Assembly (NCBI GenBank): GCA_964633975.1
Contig: CAZWKX010000007.1
Location: 159 to 60,716 of the forward strand
DNA from: an uncultured Acidimicrobiia bacterium
Lineage (GTDB): Bacteria > Actinomycetota > Acidimicrobiia > Spongiisociales > UBA11373
Direction: 5' to 3'
DNA: 60,558 nt
Shown here: positions 20,205-29,773 of the stretch, piece by piece
Layout: each line of letters begins with the position of its first letter
Numbering within the stretch: position 1 is the stretch's first letter
Notes under the pieces: model-generated
The model's input: the letters and a program-made list of their open reading frames with translations, nothing else
What the model was told of the DNA's origin: nothing
Database searches by the model: none
Program-made: the position numbers and the translations under genes

Positions 20205-21353
20205 TCAGTAGAGGAACATGGGCTTGCCGCCGACGTGGCGGACCTTAGGACGGTACGACTCGACATCGTAGAGTTCATCCACGTCCACTCGTTTCACCCC
20301 TTCCCGGGTCACCGAGATGGGCACATTGGTGTACGTGCCGCCGCGCAGGGCCACCATACGCCCTGAGGCATGCTCGATGGCGAGGTCCGCAGCCATTACC
20401 GCATAGTTGGTGGCCACCATGAGGTCAAGCGAGTCGGGGCTTCCCGAGCGCATGAGATAGCCGACCTGCTGGTAGACGATGCCCTCGCCGGTGATCCGGC
20501 GGATCATCTCTCCGGCGAGCACACCGACGCCGCCGAGCTTGCGATGCCCATAGGCATCGGCTTCGCCGGTCAGCACCATCTCGCCGCCCTCGAGCACCGC
20601 TCCCTCCGAGATGGTGAGCATCGAGTAGTTGCTCGGGTTCGCCTTCTTGTCGGCAACCAGGAAGCGGGCCATTCTGTTGATGTCGATGGGGACCTCGGAG
20701 ATGGCGGCTCGATCGACACCGGCCAGGTAGGCGGTGACCAGAGAGGTCTCGCCGCTGTAGCGCCCGAAGAGCTCGATGACGGCGATGCGCTCGTGGGAAC
20801 CCGTGCTGGTTCGCAAGTTGTGGATGAACTGAACTCCGCGGGTCACCGCGGTGGAGAAACCGATGCAGTAGTCGGTCCCATGGACGTCGTTGTCCATCGT
20901 CTTCGGGATGGCGATCACCGGGACGCCCTCGTCGTGGAGCCGGAGCCCGTAGGAGAGGGTGTCGTCACCCCCTATGGGGATGAGCACATCGATCCCCAGC
21001 ATCTCGATGACCTTCAGCACGTGCGGGGTGAAGTCGTGCGGGGGGTCTCCTTTGACGGTATCGGCCAAGAAGTCGGGGACGTCGGCCTCTTTGACCACAC
21101 TCGGATTGGTGCGCGAGCTGTGCAGCATCGTGCCGCCGGTGCGGTCGATGGTGCGCACCGCCTTCTTGTCCAGCGGCATGTAGCACTTTTTCGAGGTCTT
21201 CTTGTCGTCGGGGTTGACGTACAACAGACCCGCCCAACCCCTGCGGATCCCGACGACCTCGTGGCCTTCGTCGGCAACGCGGTTCACCACTGCCTTGATG
21301 CATGCGTTGAGACCAGGGACGTCGCCGCCTCCGGTCAGGATTCCGATCTTCAC
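20205..21353 (-). CDS. 6-phosphofructokinase, PfkA family (GGDD/PKTMDND; predicted PPi-dependent)
   Basis: [40 protein letters not shown]; GTG start after AGGAGG. Confidence 0.9.
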   Translation of the reverse strand: MKIGILTGGGDVPGLNACIKAVVNRVADEGHEVVGIRRGWAGLLYVNPDDKKTSKKCYMPLDKKAVRTIDRTGGTMLHSSRTNPSVVKEADVPDFLADTVKGDPPHDFTPHVLKVIEMLGIDVLIPIGGDDTLSYGLRLHDEGVPVIAIPKTMDNDVHGTDYCIGFSTAVTRGVQFIHNLRTSTGSHERIAVIELFGRYSGETSLVTAYLAGVDRAAISEVPIDINRMARFLVADKKANPSNYSMLTISEGAVLEGGEMVLTGEADAYGHRKLGGVGVLAGEMIRRITGEGIVYQQVGYLMRSGSPDSLDLMVATNYAVMAADLAIEHASGRMVALRGGTYTNVPISVTREGVKRVDVDELYDVESYRPKVRHVGGKPMFLY

Positions 21354-21383
21354 GGTCAGCCTCCTGTGCTGGACGGCGCGCCG

Positions 21384-22298
21384 CTAGCCGGCGGCTTGCT
21401 CGTAGACATCGATGAATCTGCGGTATGTGTCGGCGATGAGGGCGATGGCTTGATCGCGATCCATGGCGCCGTCCTTCCAGCCCTCGACACCGGCCCACCA
21501 GATCGTGCGCCCGATGGCGAACCCAATGTAGCCGTCCACCGGAGCTCCCATCTGGAGCCAATGCGCAACCTTGGCATCGTCGGCGCCACGTCCGAGCACG
21601 ACGGCTTTCACTCCGTCGCGGCCGTCGCTGCGTACCAGACGCGACACCAGCTCGCAGTCTTGCCGGGTGTCGATGCCCTCGATCTTCCATACGTCGGGCT
21701 CGACCCCGGCCTCGTGAATCTGCTGGATGACCTCGAGCATGAGGTAGGGCCGCACGTGTGAGTCGTAGTCGGCACTACTGCCGCCGACCAGGGCCAGCTG
21801 GCGCTTGGTCGCCGGCACCAGCAACTCGAACAGGTACTTGCGGTCATGTTCATGGAGCCAGTCACCCAGGCGCTTGAGGCGCTCACCCTGGATCTGGCGT
21901 GTGTCGGCATCGTCGTCCGGATTCCAGCGCACCAGGACCTTGGCGAACGTGGGGTCAAAGTCCTCGATATGGTCGCCGAACCGGTCTCCGTATTCGAAGT
22001 CGAAGACCGGCTGGCCCGATGCCTCCACCGGCATAGCCAAGGTAAAGCCATGCTCCTTGGCTTCCCGGGCGATGTCGGCGCCCATCTCCTCGTCGACGAG
22101 CACGCCGGCGGATTCGGGGGAGGCGCCGGCGTCCACGGCCGCCTTGAGACCTTCCCAGACGAGCCGCTTGGCCTCGCTGAGGCGAGCCTGTTCGTCGGTA
22201 GTGGGCTCGCGCCCGTCGATGCCGAACATCTTCTTCTTGAAGCTGCCGCGATGATCGAAGGCAAGAATGAAGAGCTTGCCGTCGTAGCCGAGTTTCAT
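21384..22298 (-). CDS. Stand-alone DUF2090 / IolC C-terminal-like class I aldolase (LacD-like TIM barrel)
   Basis: LFILAFDHRGSF, MPVEASG, KVLVRWNP, LFELLVP, EPDVWKIEG (candidate Schiff-base Lys), VLGRG, GFAIGRTIW. Confidence 0.85.
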   Translation of the reverse strand: MKLGYDGKLFILAFDHRGSFKKKMFGIDGREPTTDEQARLSEAKRLVWEGLKAAVDAGASPESAGVLVDEEMGADIAREAKEHGFTLAMPVEASGQPVFDFEYGDRFGDHIEDFDPTFAKVLVRWNPDDDADTRQIQGERLKRLGDWLHEHDRKYLFELLVPATKRQLALVGGSSADYDSHVRPYLMLEVIQQIHEAGVEPDVWKIEGIDTRQDCELVSRLVRSDGRDGVKAVVLGRGADDAKVAHWLQMGAPVDGYIGFAIGRTIWWAGVEGWKDGAMDRDQAIALIADTYRRFIDVYEQAAG

Positions 22299-22440
22299 GG
22301 GTTCTCCCAGACGAGTAGACGTGTTGTCGCAGCGGGATTGTAGGTGCCTGTGTGCGCTCGCCCCGCACGGAGCGTCGGCCTAGCGTGGCTGGTAAGGTGC
22401 GCGGGTCTTACAGGTCTGTAGTTCGGGAGCGGTCCGCCGG

Positions 22441-25400
22441 GTGAAGAAGTCGTTCGTCCATCTGCATCTCCATACCGAGTACTCGATGCTGGATGGAGCC
22501 GCCCGAGTGGCCGACGTGATCGATGCGGTGGCCGCCGACGGCCAGCCGGCGGCGGCGATCACCGACCACGGAGTGCTCTACGGAGCCGTCGATTTCTACA
22601 AGGCGGCCACCGCCGCCGGCGTCAAGCCCATCATCGGCATCGAGGCGTACCTGACTCCGGGGTCGCGCTTCGACCGTCCGCCCCGGCGCGACGACATCCG
22701 CTACCACATCACCCTGCTCGCCCTCGATAAGACCGGGTACCGGAATCTGGTCAAGCTGGCGAGTCGTGCCTTCCTTGAGGGCTTCTACTACAAGCCGCGC
22801 ATGGACGTGGAGCTGCTCGCCGAGCACTCGGCCGGCCTGCTGGGGACGACCGGGTGCCTGGGCGGCCACGTGCCTCAGCTGCTGGCACCCGATGCCTACG
22901 ACGAGGAAGGCAACGTCGGGGTGGAGCGCGATTACGAGGCTGCTCTCGAGGCGGCGGCCATGTACCAGGATATCTTCGGCAAGGAGAACTTCTACTTCGA
23001 GATCATGGATCACGGCGTGCCGGCCCAACAGCGGGTGCTGCCCGACCTGATGAGCATTGCCCAGAGGATCGGCGCGCCCCTCATCGCCACCAACGACTGC
23101 CACTACACGCGTGCCGACGAGGCGGAGACCCATGACGCCCTGCTCTGCATCCAGACGGGAGCCGAGATGGCCGACGAAGACCGGTTCCGTTTCGGCGGTT
23201 CGGGCTACTACGTGCGCACGGCCCGGGAGATGCGAGACCTGTTCCCGGATGATCGGTATCCCGGCGCGTGCGACAACACACTGCTGATCGCCGAGCGCGC
23301 CAGCATGAAGATGGAGTTCGGCCAGATCTTCCTGCCCCAGTTCCCGGTGCCTGCACCCCACACCGAGGCGTCCTATCTGCGGGAGCTGGCCGTCGAAGGG
23401 GCGCGTGAGCGTTACGGCGATCCAATCCCCCCTGAAGTCACCGAGCGTCTCCGCCACGAGCTCAGTGTCATCGAGGACATGGGTTTCCCCTCGTACTTTC
23501 TGATCGTCTGGGACCTGATGCGCCATGCCCGGGAGCAGGGCATACGTACCGGCCCGGGTCGGGGGAGCGCCGCCGGCTCGATCGTGTCGTACTGCCTGCG
23601 GATCACCGACCTCGACCCACTTGAGTTCGGGCTCATCTTCGAGCGTTTCCTCAATCCGGGGCGTCGTCAGATGCCCGACATCGACATGGACTTCGACGAG
23701 CGCTACCGGGGAGAGATGATTCGCTACGTTGCCGAGCGGTACGGCTCCGACCACGTGGCCCAGATCGTCACCTTCTCCACGATCAAGGGCAGGCAGGCCG
23801 TGCGCGACTCGGCTCGTGTTCTCGGATACCCCTATTCGGTGGGTGACCGCATCGCCAAGGCAATGCCGCCGGCCATACTCGGTCGTGAGGCCACGCTGGG
23901 TCAATGCCTCGACCCGCCGCCCGAGGACGCCGAGTCGATGATTCGGGACTACTTCGTCAACGCCGCCGGGCTCCGCGAGATGTACGACGCCGACCCCGAC
24001 GCTCGCCGCATCATCGACACCGCACGAGGGCTGGAAGGGCTACGGCGGCAGGACTCGATCCACGCAGCCGCCGTCGTGATCACGCCGGACCCGATCACGG
24101 ACACCGTGCCGGTGCAGCAGAAGGGGGAGGACGCCGAGGTCGTCACTCAGTTCGAGATGCACGCCATCGAGGAGTTGGGGCTCCTCAAGATGGATTTCCT
24201 CGGCCTACGCAACCTGTCCACCATCGAGAGGGCGCTGGAGCTGATCGAGGATGCCACGGGCAGCCGACCCGACGTCGACTCGCTGCCGCTTGACGATCCC
24301 TCGGTGTACGAGATGCTGTCCCGGGGGGACTCGATGGGGATCTTCCAGCTTGAGGGAACCGGGATGCGGGCCCTGATGAGGAGCCTGCGGCCCGACCGAT
24401 TCGAGGACCTGATCGCTTTGGTTTCGCTCTACCGCCCCGGTCCTCTGGGCGCCGGCACCCACAATCTCTACGCCGACCGCAAGAACGGCCGGGTCGCCGT
24501 GGAGTATCCCCATCCCGATCTACGCGAAGTGCTCGAGGCCACCTACGGGATCATGGTGTACCAAGAGCAGGTCATGGAGGCGGCCCGGATCATGGCCGGC
24601 TTCACCATGGTGGAGGCGGACACATTGCGCAAGGCCATGGGCAAGAAGATCCCGGCCGTGATGGCACAACAGGAGGAGCAGTTCGTTCACGGCTGCATGG
24701 AACAGGGGCACCCGGAGGGCCTGGCCCGGAGCCTCTTCGAGGCAATCTCGCATTTTGCCGGATACGGCTTCAACCGGTCACATGCCGCCGGCTACGCCAT
24801 CGTCGCCTACCAGACGGCATGGCTGAAGGCGCATCACCCGGCGGAGTACATGGCGGCGTTGCTCACTTCAGTGAAGCGGGACAAGGAGCGCACCGCCGTC
24901 TACTTGAACGAGTGCCGGGCCATGGACCTGCGGGTGCTGGTTCCTGACGTCAACAAGTCGGAGTCGGACTTCGTCGCCAGGGACAGGACCGTGCTGTTCG
25001 GGTTGTCGGCGGTGCGCAACGTCGGTGAGGGTGTGGTGGATCTCATCACGGCGGAACGGGGCAAGAACGGGGAATACGCAAGCTTTCGGGACTTCGCCGA
25101 ACGGGTCGACCTGAGCGCACTCAATAAACGGACCGTGGAGTCCCTCATCAAAGCGGGGGCCTTCGACGGCACCGGAGCGCCTCGCAAGGGCCTGCTCGCG
25201 GTGTGTGAGCAGGTGATCGACGCCGTGGTGGCGCGGCGGCGAGCCGAGGACATGGGCCAATTCAGCCTCTTCGGGTCCGAGGAGCCTTCACTCCAGTCCG
25301 CCGCGGTGGACGTACCGGACATGGAGTGGGAAAAACAGACGCGGCTCGCATTCGAGAAGGAGATGCTGGGCCTCTATGTGTCCGATCACCCGCTCTTTGG

Positions 25401-25950
25401 CGTCGAGGGTGCGCTTCGGGCAGTGGCCACCTCCACCGTCGCCGGGCTGGCCGACGCCAAGGACGGGGAGGCGGCCACGGTGGGGGGCATCGTGGGTGGG
25501 ATCACCCGGCGCTACACCAGGAACGGTGAGCCGATGATCTTTTTCCAGCTCGAGGATCTGGAAGGGAACGTCGAGGTGGTCTGTTTCCCGCGGACCACCT
25601 CGACGTATGGCGCCCTGGTTCGCCCCGACACCATCCTCGTCGTGTCCGGGCGGGTGGACCAACGCGGCGACTCGGTGAAGCTGATCGCCCAAGGCATCTC
25701 CGAGCCGGATCTCAGTGTGGATCGGTCGGTGCGGCTTCGCCTTCCGGCGGCTCGGATGTCGCGCGATCTTGTGGCCCGCCTTCGCGCCGTCTTGGAGAAC
25801 CATCCGGGCGACACCTACGTGTTCGTGCACATGATTGGTGACGGCGGGGACACGGTTGTGCGGCTCGGAGAGGAGCACTGCGTCGAGCCTCGCACCGCGC
25901 TCTACGCCGAGCTGCGGGAGCTTCTGGGCCCCGAGGCGATTCTCCGCTGA
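22441..25950 (+). CDS. dnaE: DNA polymerase III alpha subunit
   Basis: PHP HLHLHTEYSMLDGA, GRGSAAGS, PDIDMDF, KMDFLGL, YGFNRSH, EKEMLGLYVSDHP, OB domain. Confidence 0.98.
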   Translation: MKKSFVHLHLHTEYSMLDGAARVADVIDAVAADGQPAAAITDHGVLYGAVDFYKAATAAGVKPIIGIEAYLTPGSRFDRPPRRDDIRYHITLLALDKTGYRNLVKLASRAFLEGFYYKPRMDVELLAEHSAGLLGTTGCLGGHVPQLLAPDAYDEEGNVGVERDYEAALEAAAMYQDIFGKENFYFEIMDHGVPAQQRVLPDLMSIAQRIGAPLIATNDCHYTRADEAETHDALLCIQTGAEMADEDRFRFGGSGYYVRTAREMRDLFPDDRYPGACDNTLLIAERASMKMEFGQIFLPQFPVPAPHTEASYLRELAVEGARERYGDPIPPEVTERLRHELSVIEDMGFPSYFLIVWDLMRHAREQGIRTGPGRGSAAGSIVSYCLRITDLDPLEFGLIFERFLNPGRRQMPDIDMDFDERYRGEMIRYVAERYGSDHVAQIVTFSTIKGRQAVRDSARVLGYPYSVGDRIAKAMPPAILGREATLGQCLDPPPEDAESMIRDYFVNAAGLREMYDADPDARRIIDTARGLEGLRRQDSIHAAAVVITPDPITDTVPVQQKGEDAEVVTQFEMHAIEELGLLKMDFLGLRNLSTIERALELIEDATGSRPDVDSLPLDDPSVYEMLSRGDSMGIFQLEGTGMRALMRSLRPDRFEDLIALVSLYRPGPLGAGTHNLYADRKNGRVAVEYPHPDLREVLEATYGIMVYQEQVMEAARIMAGFTMVEADTLRKAMGKKIPAVMAQQEEQFVHGCMEQGHPEGLARSLFEAISHFAGYGFNRSHAAGYAIVAYQTAWLKAHHPAEYMAALLTSVKRDKERTAVYLNECRAMDLRVLVPDVNKSESDFVARDRTVLFGLSAVRNVGEGVVDLITAERGKNGEYASFRDFAERVDLSALNKRTVESLIKAGAFDGTGAPRKGLLAVCEQVIDAVVARRRAEDMGQFSLFGSEEPSLQSAAVDVPDMEWEKQTRLAFEKEMLGLYVSDHPLFGVEGALRAVATSTVAGLADAKDGEAATVGGIVGGITRRYTRNGEPMIFFQLEDLEGNVEVVCFPRTTSTYGALVRPDTILVVSGRVDQRGDSVKLIAQGISEPDLSVDRSVRLRLPAARMSRDLVARLRAVLENHPGDTYVFVHMIGDGGDTVVRLGEEHCVEPRTALYAELRELLGPEAILR

Positions 25951-25997
25951 CGACGGCCGGCGTTGCGCGGGGCTCGTGCGCCGGGCATGCTCTTCGC

Positions 25998-26486
25998 ATG
26001 TCAGGCGGATTCCGGCTCCGGGGCGCTTTTCCGGTGGATGTCCCGTTCTTGATTCGCATGCTCGTCGAGGCGGTGAACTGGGGAGACCGTCCACGGGTCC
26101 CCCCATGCCCGTGTGGTCGCAGACCCCGCCCTGGAGCGCTATGTGCACGATTGGCCTCGCTCCGGGGAGATCGGCGTTGTGGCCGAGACCGAGGCCGGTT
26201 CCATCGGTGCGGCTTGGCTGCGGTTCTTCGGCTCGGAGGATCCCGGCTACAGGTACGTCGCAGACGAGGTGCCGGGGCTGTCGATCGGTCTAGCTCCCGA
26301 GTGGAGAGCACGGGGCGTGGGGGGGCCCTGCTACGGGAGACCGCCCGACGGGCCCGGGCCTGCGGGATCGGGCGAATCGGGCTCAGCGTCGAACGTGCCA
26401 ACTTCGCCTGTTCTCTGTACGCAAGTGAGGGCTACGAGGTGGTGTCGAGTCACGTCGACGCCGACACGATGGTTCTCGGCCTCTGA
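25998..26486 (+). pseudogene. GNAT family N-acetyltransferase with two compensating frameshifts (pseudogene or sequencing error)
   Basis: N- and C-termini lie in the frame of ORF 25998; the GNAT core (IGAAWLR...PGY.YV...LSIG...WRARGVG) lies in the frame of ORF 26113; switches fall at C6 (26099-26104) and G7 (26319-26325). Confidence 0.75.
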
Positions 26487-26621
26487 GCCGACACATCCCG
26501 TGGGTGGAGCGGGACCGGGCTGAGCAGCCTGTTGGTCTCTGAGTTCCGCCGGCCGCCTGATAAGCCGCGGCGGGCGCGGTGTGACTTCTAGCCTGGTGAG
26601 GGCCCCGCAGACGGAGGGAGG

Positions 26622-26834
26622 ATGGCCAGCTTCGACGTGGACGCCTTTATCGAGCGGTTCCGCCAACGGGCCAGCGCGGTCAAGGAGCGCGGAGTACCGC
26701 CGATCGAAGGTGAGGCAAGGCGCATGTACATCGAGTCGGCCGAGCAGGATCACCTGGATTACCAGCTCGTGGCCTCGGCGTCCTGGGCGGTGGAGGGCGC
26801 GGAGCTCGTTCTTCGTATCCCGCTGGGTGGCTAG
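26622..26834 (+). CDS. Small hypothetical protein (70 aa)
   Basis: Strong GGAGGGAGG SD, upstream TAGCCT, globular-protein-like composition, fills the intergenic gap. Confidence 0.75.
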   Translation: MASFDVDAFIERFRQRASAVKERGVPPIEGEARRMYIESAEQDHLDYQLVASASWAVEGAELVLRIPLGG

Positions 26835-26840
26835 CCGCGC

Positions 26841-28499
26841 TCAGGCCTCGGGTTCGGGGATGCCGGCTGCGGCTCGCCGCGCCGCCGCCCTGCGCTCCGA
26901 TTCGAGGCGCTCCAGGCCGTAGTCGGCGTGGTCGACGAACCGCATGGCCGCGGCGATGGCGGAGTGGCCCGCCTGCTCCGCGATGAGACGGTGCATCTCG
27001 GCGCAGACCCGCCTGTAGCCGTCGTGTCCTCCGCGCTGGGTGCGTAGCTCGAGCATGTGCATGGCCTCGCGGGCGGTCATCTGCATGGAGAAACGCACAC
27101 GGAAGGCGAACGGCACGCAGTACTGGGAGACGTCCCTGCCCAGGTCCTCCCCAAGGCAGGCGTGCAGGCACGCCGCACGGTCCATGGCGGCGTGCCAGTC
27201 GTCGGCGGCGCCTACCTCCTCCAGTGCCTGCGGAACCACGTATCCGTGGCTGGTGCCCAAGGGCTGCCACTCCAAGGTGAGCATGCGATGGCGCTGCAGG
27301 TCGCGGAAGATCCCGTAATCGCAGAGGATGTCGAAGCGGTAGCAGGTTCGCTCCAAGGCCCGTCCGGGACGGTGGCGGCGGTTGGTCCTGTGGCCGACGT
27401 ATGCCTCGATGATGCGGCAACGTTCGTCGGCGCCCAAAGCGGAGACTGAAGTGAGCACCTGGTCGTCGGGGAGATCGGTGTACGGGTAGAGGGCGGCAGC
27501 GGCGATCTTGAGCTCGGCGTCCGGATCCCATTCGACGAGGCTCACCTGGGGCCGCGGGTCGGCTTCCAGGGAGAGACCGGCACCGATGTCGCGCATCTGG
27601 CGCGCCGTCTCCTCGAGGTAGCTGCTCCACACCATGCCTCGATCGGGCATGTCGACGCGCCGCACGAAGGAGGGGATCACCTTGCGCAGTTCGGTGAGCA
27701 TGAGGTCGGCATAGTGGCGGACCTCGGCGAGGGGGTGCACCCGCATGCGCAGCAGGAGCATCTCGAACGCTTGTCCGTTGGCGTAGATGCCGAGGTTGGA
27801 GAGGGTCGCCGCCGGCAGGAGGCCGCGGAGGTCGTCACACACCTGAGCCCGGAGGGCAGAGTGATAGACCGACTCTGAGTCGTCGCCCTCCCGCGGATAG
27901 AGAGCCTCGTAGAAGCGTGCGAGGCGCCCTGCCAGCGCGCCGTACGTTGCGAAGAGGGAATCGATAGTGTCCCGGTACCGGGCGGTCAACCGGGAGGCCG
28001 CCACTTCGGGCGGGACCAGGTAGCGGTAGCGGTCTCCGAGGAGCCGGTCGTAGAACATGTACCGAGTGCTCTGTTCCAGGTAGGCGGCCAGGCGTCCCCA
28101 TTCGAGGACCTTGGTGAGGATGTTGGAGGCCTGCTCGCAGGCGAGGTGCACACCCCCGAGCTGAGCCACGGAATCGTCCCCGTACTCGGTGAAGACCCTG
28201 TGGTAGAGATCCTCGGCTCGTCGAGTGTGTACCCGTGCCCCGGTGGCTGTGGCTGTGGCGGTGGCGGCGCCCACGGCGGCGGTATCGCAGAACTCGTCGA
28301 GGAAGAGGCGGCGCAGCGACTTCGGGGAGCGGCTGTAGCGAGCGAACAGGGCTCCCTTGACTACTTCGGGCAGGTTCACCAGAGCGAAGACGGGCCCCTT
28401 CGTGTTGGTGAAGAACCGCTCGAGCACGGCGCGCTCCTCGCCGGTGAAAGGCTCTTCGAAGTACGCGTAGGGCTGCAGGTGGCCGGCTTCGCGCTTCAT
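26841..28499 (-). CDS. thyX: FAD-dependent thymidylate synthase, tandem two-domain form
   Basis: ARYSRS, GDDSVA, EQSTRY, LRGLLP in N-half; DLQRHRM, TAREAMH.LELRT in C-half; about twice the usual ThyX length. Confidence 0.88.
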   Translation of the reverse strand: MKREAGHLQPYAYFEEPFTGEERAVLERFFTNTKGPVFALVNLPEVVKGALFARYSRSPKSLRRLFLDEFCDTAAVGAATATATATGARVHTRRAEDLYHRVFTEYGDDSVAQLGGVHLACEQASNILTKVLEWGRLAAYLEQSTRYMFYDRLLGDRYRYLVPPEVAASRLTARYRDTIDSLFATYGALAGRLARFYEALYPREGDDSESVYHSALRAQVCDDLRGLLPAATLSNLGIYANGQAFEMLLLRMRVHPLAEVRHYADLMLTELRKVIPSFVRRVDMPDRGMVWSSYLEETARQMRDIGAGLSLEADPRPQVSLVEWDPDAELKIAAAALYPYTDLPDDQVLTSVSALGADERCRIIEAYVGHRTNRRHRPGRALERTCYRFDILCDYGIFRDLQRHRMLTLEWQPLGTSHGYVVPQALEEVGAADDWHAAMDRAACLHACLGEDLGRDVSQYCVPFAFRVRFSMQMTAREAMHMLELRTQRGGHDGYRRVCAEMHRLIAEQAGHSAIAAAMRFVDHADYGLERLESERRAAARRAAAGIPEPEA

Positions 28500-28564
28500 G
28501 TTCCGAGGTTACAGGGCTGTGATTTGGACTGCCACCGGCGCCGTATGGCCGGTAACCTCATGCC

Positions 28565-28864
28565 GTGATCGGAATCCGCATAGTCATCGGCCTCGTGATC
28601 ACCGCCATAGTGGCGGTCACGCTGGTGCCGATGCTCGTGCTGCTCGATCTCGCCGGTGGTGGTGACGGTTGGGGCCTGTGCCAGGAAGGCTTGAGCTCAT
28701 GTCACACCTCCTACTTCGACGGACCGGAGCTCGTCGCCATGCTGCTTCTGGTGGTCTTCGCGCTGCTTTTTGTTCTGCGGCTGGCACTGCGGGCTCGCCG
28801 CGTCGCTATCACGCGTCAGAGCGGAGGCTCAGTGGGCCTCGGTGATGGCTTCGGCGGCGGGTAG
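28565..28864 (+). CDS. Hypothetical membrane protein (2 TM, Cys pair in loop)
   Basis: Two hydrophobic helices flanking GGGDGWGLC...C...YFDGPEL; TAACCT 6 nt before GTG. Confidence 0.7.
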   Translation: MIGIRIVIGLVITAIVAVTLVPMLVLLDLAGGGDGWGLCQEGLSSCHTSYFDGPELVAMLLLVVFALLFVLRLALRARRVAITRQSGGSVGLGDGFGGG

Positions 28865-29710
28865 CTCGTCCTCCTCGCCACTTGTCGACAGCACGACGTA
28901 GATGCCGATGAGGATGAGCGACGCCCCCGCCCATCCCCGGGCGGTGAGGCGTTCACCGAGCCACACGGCGGCGGCCGCTGCGGCGAACACGGGCTCGAGC
29001 GCGAGCATGATGGCGGTGCGCGCCGGCCCTACGACGGTCTGCGACCAGACCTGAAGGAGGAATGCGCCTGCGCTGACGGCCAGGCCGGTGAGCAGCAGGG
29101 CCGGCCAGACGTCGGAGGGCGGGGTCTGGAGCCCTTCGAGCAGGGCAGCCGACGCGAGTCCGAGAACAGCCGTGACCAGCAGCTGCACCGAGGTGAAAGA
29201 GACGACGTTGTGGCGCGGCGCCACGCGGGCCAGGTACACGATGTGGGCGGCAAATGAGGCGGCGCAGCCCACCGTGAGTATGTCGCCCTCCTGAAGGGAG
29301 AATCCGGCGTCCAAGGTGAGGGCGGCCAAGCCGGCAAAGGCCAGCAAGGCTCCGGCCACGATGAGGATGCTCGGCTTCCGGCGGGCTACGGCTGCCGCCA
29401 GGAGAGGTGTGAACACGACGTACAGGCCGGTGATGAGCCCGGAGTTGGACGCCGAAGTGGTGGTGAGCCCCTGCGTCTGCATGGCATAGCCGGTGAACAG
29501 GATGGCGCCGGCGATGATGCCGTCACGCCACACGGCGCGGTTGCGGGGAGGTGAGATCGCGGTTAGCACGGTGGCGCCGAGCAGGAAACGCCATCCCACG
29601 AACCCAAGAGGGGGCAGGGTCTCCACCGCGTCCTTGATGATCACGAATGTCAAGCCGAATAGCAGCGCGGCGATGGCGAGGGCGAGGTAGGCGACCCGCG
29701 GCGTGCGCAT
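28829..29710 (-). CDS. DMT/EamA family transporter
   Basis: About 10 TM in two EamA repeats; RF..G, QTQGL..TSASNSGLITGL, LEPVFA. Confidence 0.9.
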   Translation of the reverse strand: MRTPRVAYLALAIAALLFGLTFVIIKDAVETLPPLGFVGWRFLLGATVLTAISPPRNRAVWRDGIIAGAILFTGYAMQTQGLTTTSASNSGLITGLYVVFTPLLAAAVARRKPSILIVAGALLAFAGLAALTLDAGFSLQEGDILTVGCAASFAAHIVYLARVAPRHNVVSFTSVQLLVTAVLGLASAALLEGLQTPPSDVWPALLLTGLAVSAGAFLLQVWSQTVVGPARTAIMLALEPVFAAAAAAVWLGERLTARGWAGASLILIGIYVVLSTSGEEDELPAAEAITEAH

Positions 29711-29773
29711 GGCTGCGGAGCATAGGGGCGCAGCGGCTTCGAGGGCAGGTCGCTGGAGTCCGGATGGCGGGAA

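Noticed and set aside
22441-25950. Intein or split in dnaE
   Set aside because: Length (1169 aa) and motif continuity are normal; no intein termini seen
28243-28266. GTGGCT/GTGGCG hexamer repeat
   Set aside because: In-frame Ala-Thr linker inside thyX; too short for CRISPR or a meaningful VNTR
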